Shown here: positions 62,410-64,000 of the stretch, in pieces
Numbering within the stretch: position 1 is the first letter of the stretch
Layout of the letters: each line of letters starts with the position of its first letter
Source: Callorhinchus milii
Lineage: Eukaryota
Reading direction: 5' to 3'
DNA length: 64,000 nucleotides
Assembly (NCBI RefSeq): GCF_018977255.1
Contig: NW_024704743.1
Location: forward strand, 68,264,001-68,328,000
The notes under the pieces: model-generated
Database searches by the model: none
Seen by the model: the letters and a program-made list of their open reading frames with translations, nothing else
Told to the model about the DNA's origin: nothing
Made by a program: the position numbers and the translations under genes

Positions 62410-62785
62410 CTGTATAAAATTATGAGGGGCTTTGTTAAGATAAATCGAGAGAAGTTATTTCTATTGATAGAGCCAGTAAATACACTAGTTATAAGCTATC
62501 CAGAAGAACAGCAAAAGGAGAACATAGAAGGAGGTTTTTCACCCAGAGATTTGTTGGGATGTGGAATGTATTGCTGAGGAGAGTGGTGGAAACAAAGTTT
62601 ATTGTAGCTTTCAAATGGAAAGTCGACAAGCATATGAAAGAGAGGGGCTTGAAGCAGTACGGGATAAGGCAAGGCAGTGGGATTGAAGAAAAATCATTGC
62701 TCTTTGAGGCAGTGCAAATTTAATGGGCCGAAAGGCCTGTTTCTGCACAGCGGATTTCTATACTTCTTATATTTTTATGTTTCTA
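62410..62785 (+). mobile_element. CR1 3' end
   Basis: YKIMRGFVKINREKLF; tttttcacccagaga..gtggaat; gggccgaaaggcctgtttctg. Confidence 0.75.
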
Positions 62786-64000
62786 AATTCATGCACTTAG
62801 GGCTCTGCAAGGTGAGGGATATCAGTGCTGCAGAATACAATAGCAATTTACATTTATGTATGCATATCTCAGCAAACACAAACCTGCTTCACTTCTCTCA
62901 CTTGAAGGGAGTCTGAACTCCTTTCTAGATAAATGGAAATTTCCATTCATATATGCAATTCTCAGTATGTTGAACACTCTGAAGCATAGTGATAGGTTTG
63001 CAAATGTGCTTCACCAAAATAAAACCTATTCCTTAACTACCTTAAAACTCCTTAATGACTGAATTTTCTGGTTAATGGTAAATAGTAATTGGTTCTATAG
63101 GCCTCCTTTCACAGAACACTATCTTAACTCAGATTGAGGTCAGGTCACCATTCTGTGAAGCTGTGCTATAATATAATGCTATTGCCTTGCAAAGAGAAAA
63201 CTGCTGACTCCACAGACATCCACCATTGCTCAACCTTCAGTAGCCTGTTGGAGTCTCCCTCAAGATCATTTGCTTCAAATATTTGTAAGGCTGTTGATAT
63301 GAAGGAATGCGCACATTTTCACTTAACATTACTGGCTGGATTTAACCTGCTTATCAAAACAAAGAATGAATCCTTGAAAAATGACGTATAGATTCAAAGA
63401 AACATCCAGTTTGGTTTTAAAAATAACACCATAACATTTTATTTGTTGCCTTAATAATTGTCCTTAACACAGACCTTTATATCAGGTAAATGGACACGAC
63501 ATCCAATAGAGGAAACAAAAGCCTAATTTCTGTTAGAACCATGTAGATGATTTTCTGTATGTTTGCAACAGATGGACTTCAGTGAGCCAGAGTTAAATAG
63601 TGTGGAGTTATTTACTTCAAATTACCCATCTGAGTAAAAACTTTCAGCTTCTGACCTTGCTGCTGATCTGGTCTGAAGAGTGTCATATTCACCTTGAACA
63701 GGCATAACAGTATGATGTGAATCTCCCACCGGTTTAACCAAGGAAATCTGGCAGCATTTTCAACTGTCAGGTAATTTAATACCAGCTGGAGCATGAACTG
63801 ACTCAAGGCCAGGCCTTGGTATAACCCCTGAGGGAGCACACAGAGCAAGTGCAGTCCTGATCTGAACTTAATACAACTACCGTGAGTTTGAATGTATAGC
63901 CTGAGTGCATATGTTTATACATAAAACACCTTCTAAGTCATCTCTTTTCCATGTAGTCAATGCAAAGTTCTTTGGTGTTCACTTCTCCAGCACAGGCAAG

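Noticed and set aside
63612..63848. 78-aa minus-strand ORF near the window end
   Set aside because: No recognisable domain, and the length is compatible with chance.

Overview
Eukaryotic (vertebrate) non-coding DNA, either intergenic or inside a large intron, with dense retroposon content. The repeat families resemble those I recall from cartilaginous fish, especially the elephant shark Callorhinchus milii; this is recall, not a database search. Contents: (1) many 5'-truncated L2-clade LINE fragments with (TTG)n tails and broken RT ORFs; (2) old CR1-clade LINE fragments; (3) two tRNA-derived SINE groups sharing a Deu-like 3' segment and an L2-type 3' stem-loop with an (ATT)n tail; (4) a pogo/Tigger-like MITE and two unclassified dispersed repeats. 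I found no intact protein-coding gene, tRNA gene, rRNA or CRISPR array; the long ORFs are LINE debris or chance. The most notable non-TE signals are an 81-nt candidate exon followed by an 86-nt hairpin (40.2-40.5 kb), a ~220-nt rod-like foldback with a degenerate hammerhead-like core (52.4-52.6 kb) and a perfect 21-bp inverted repeat spanning 1.86 kb (50.0-51.9 kb). There are also several clear nested insertions and compensatory changes in the SINE/LINE tail stem-loop. I cannot demonstrate a novel biological system from sequence alone. Boundaries of old repeats are approximate.
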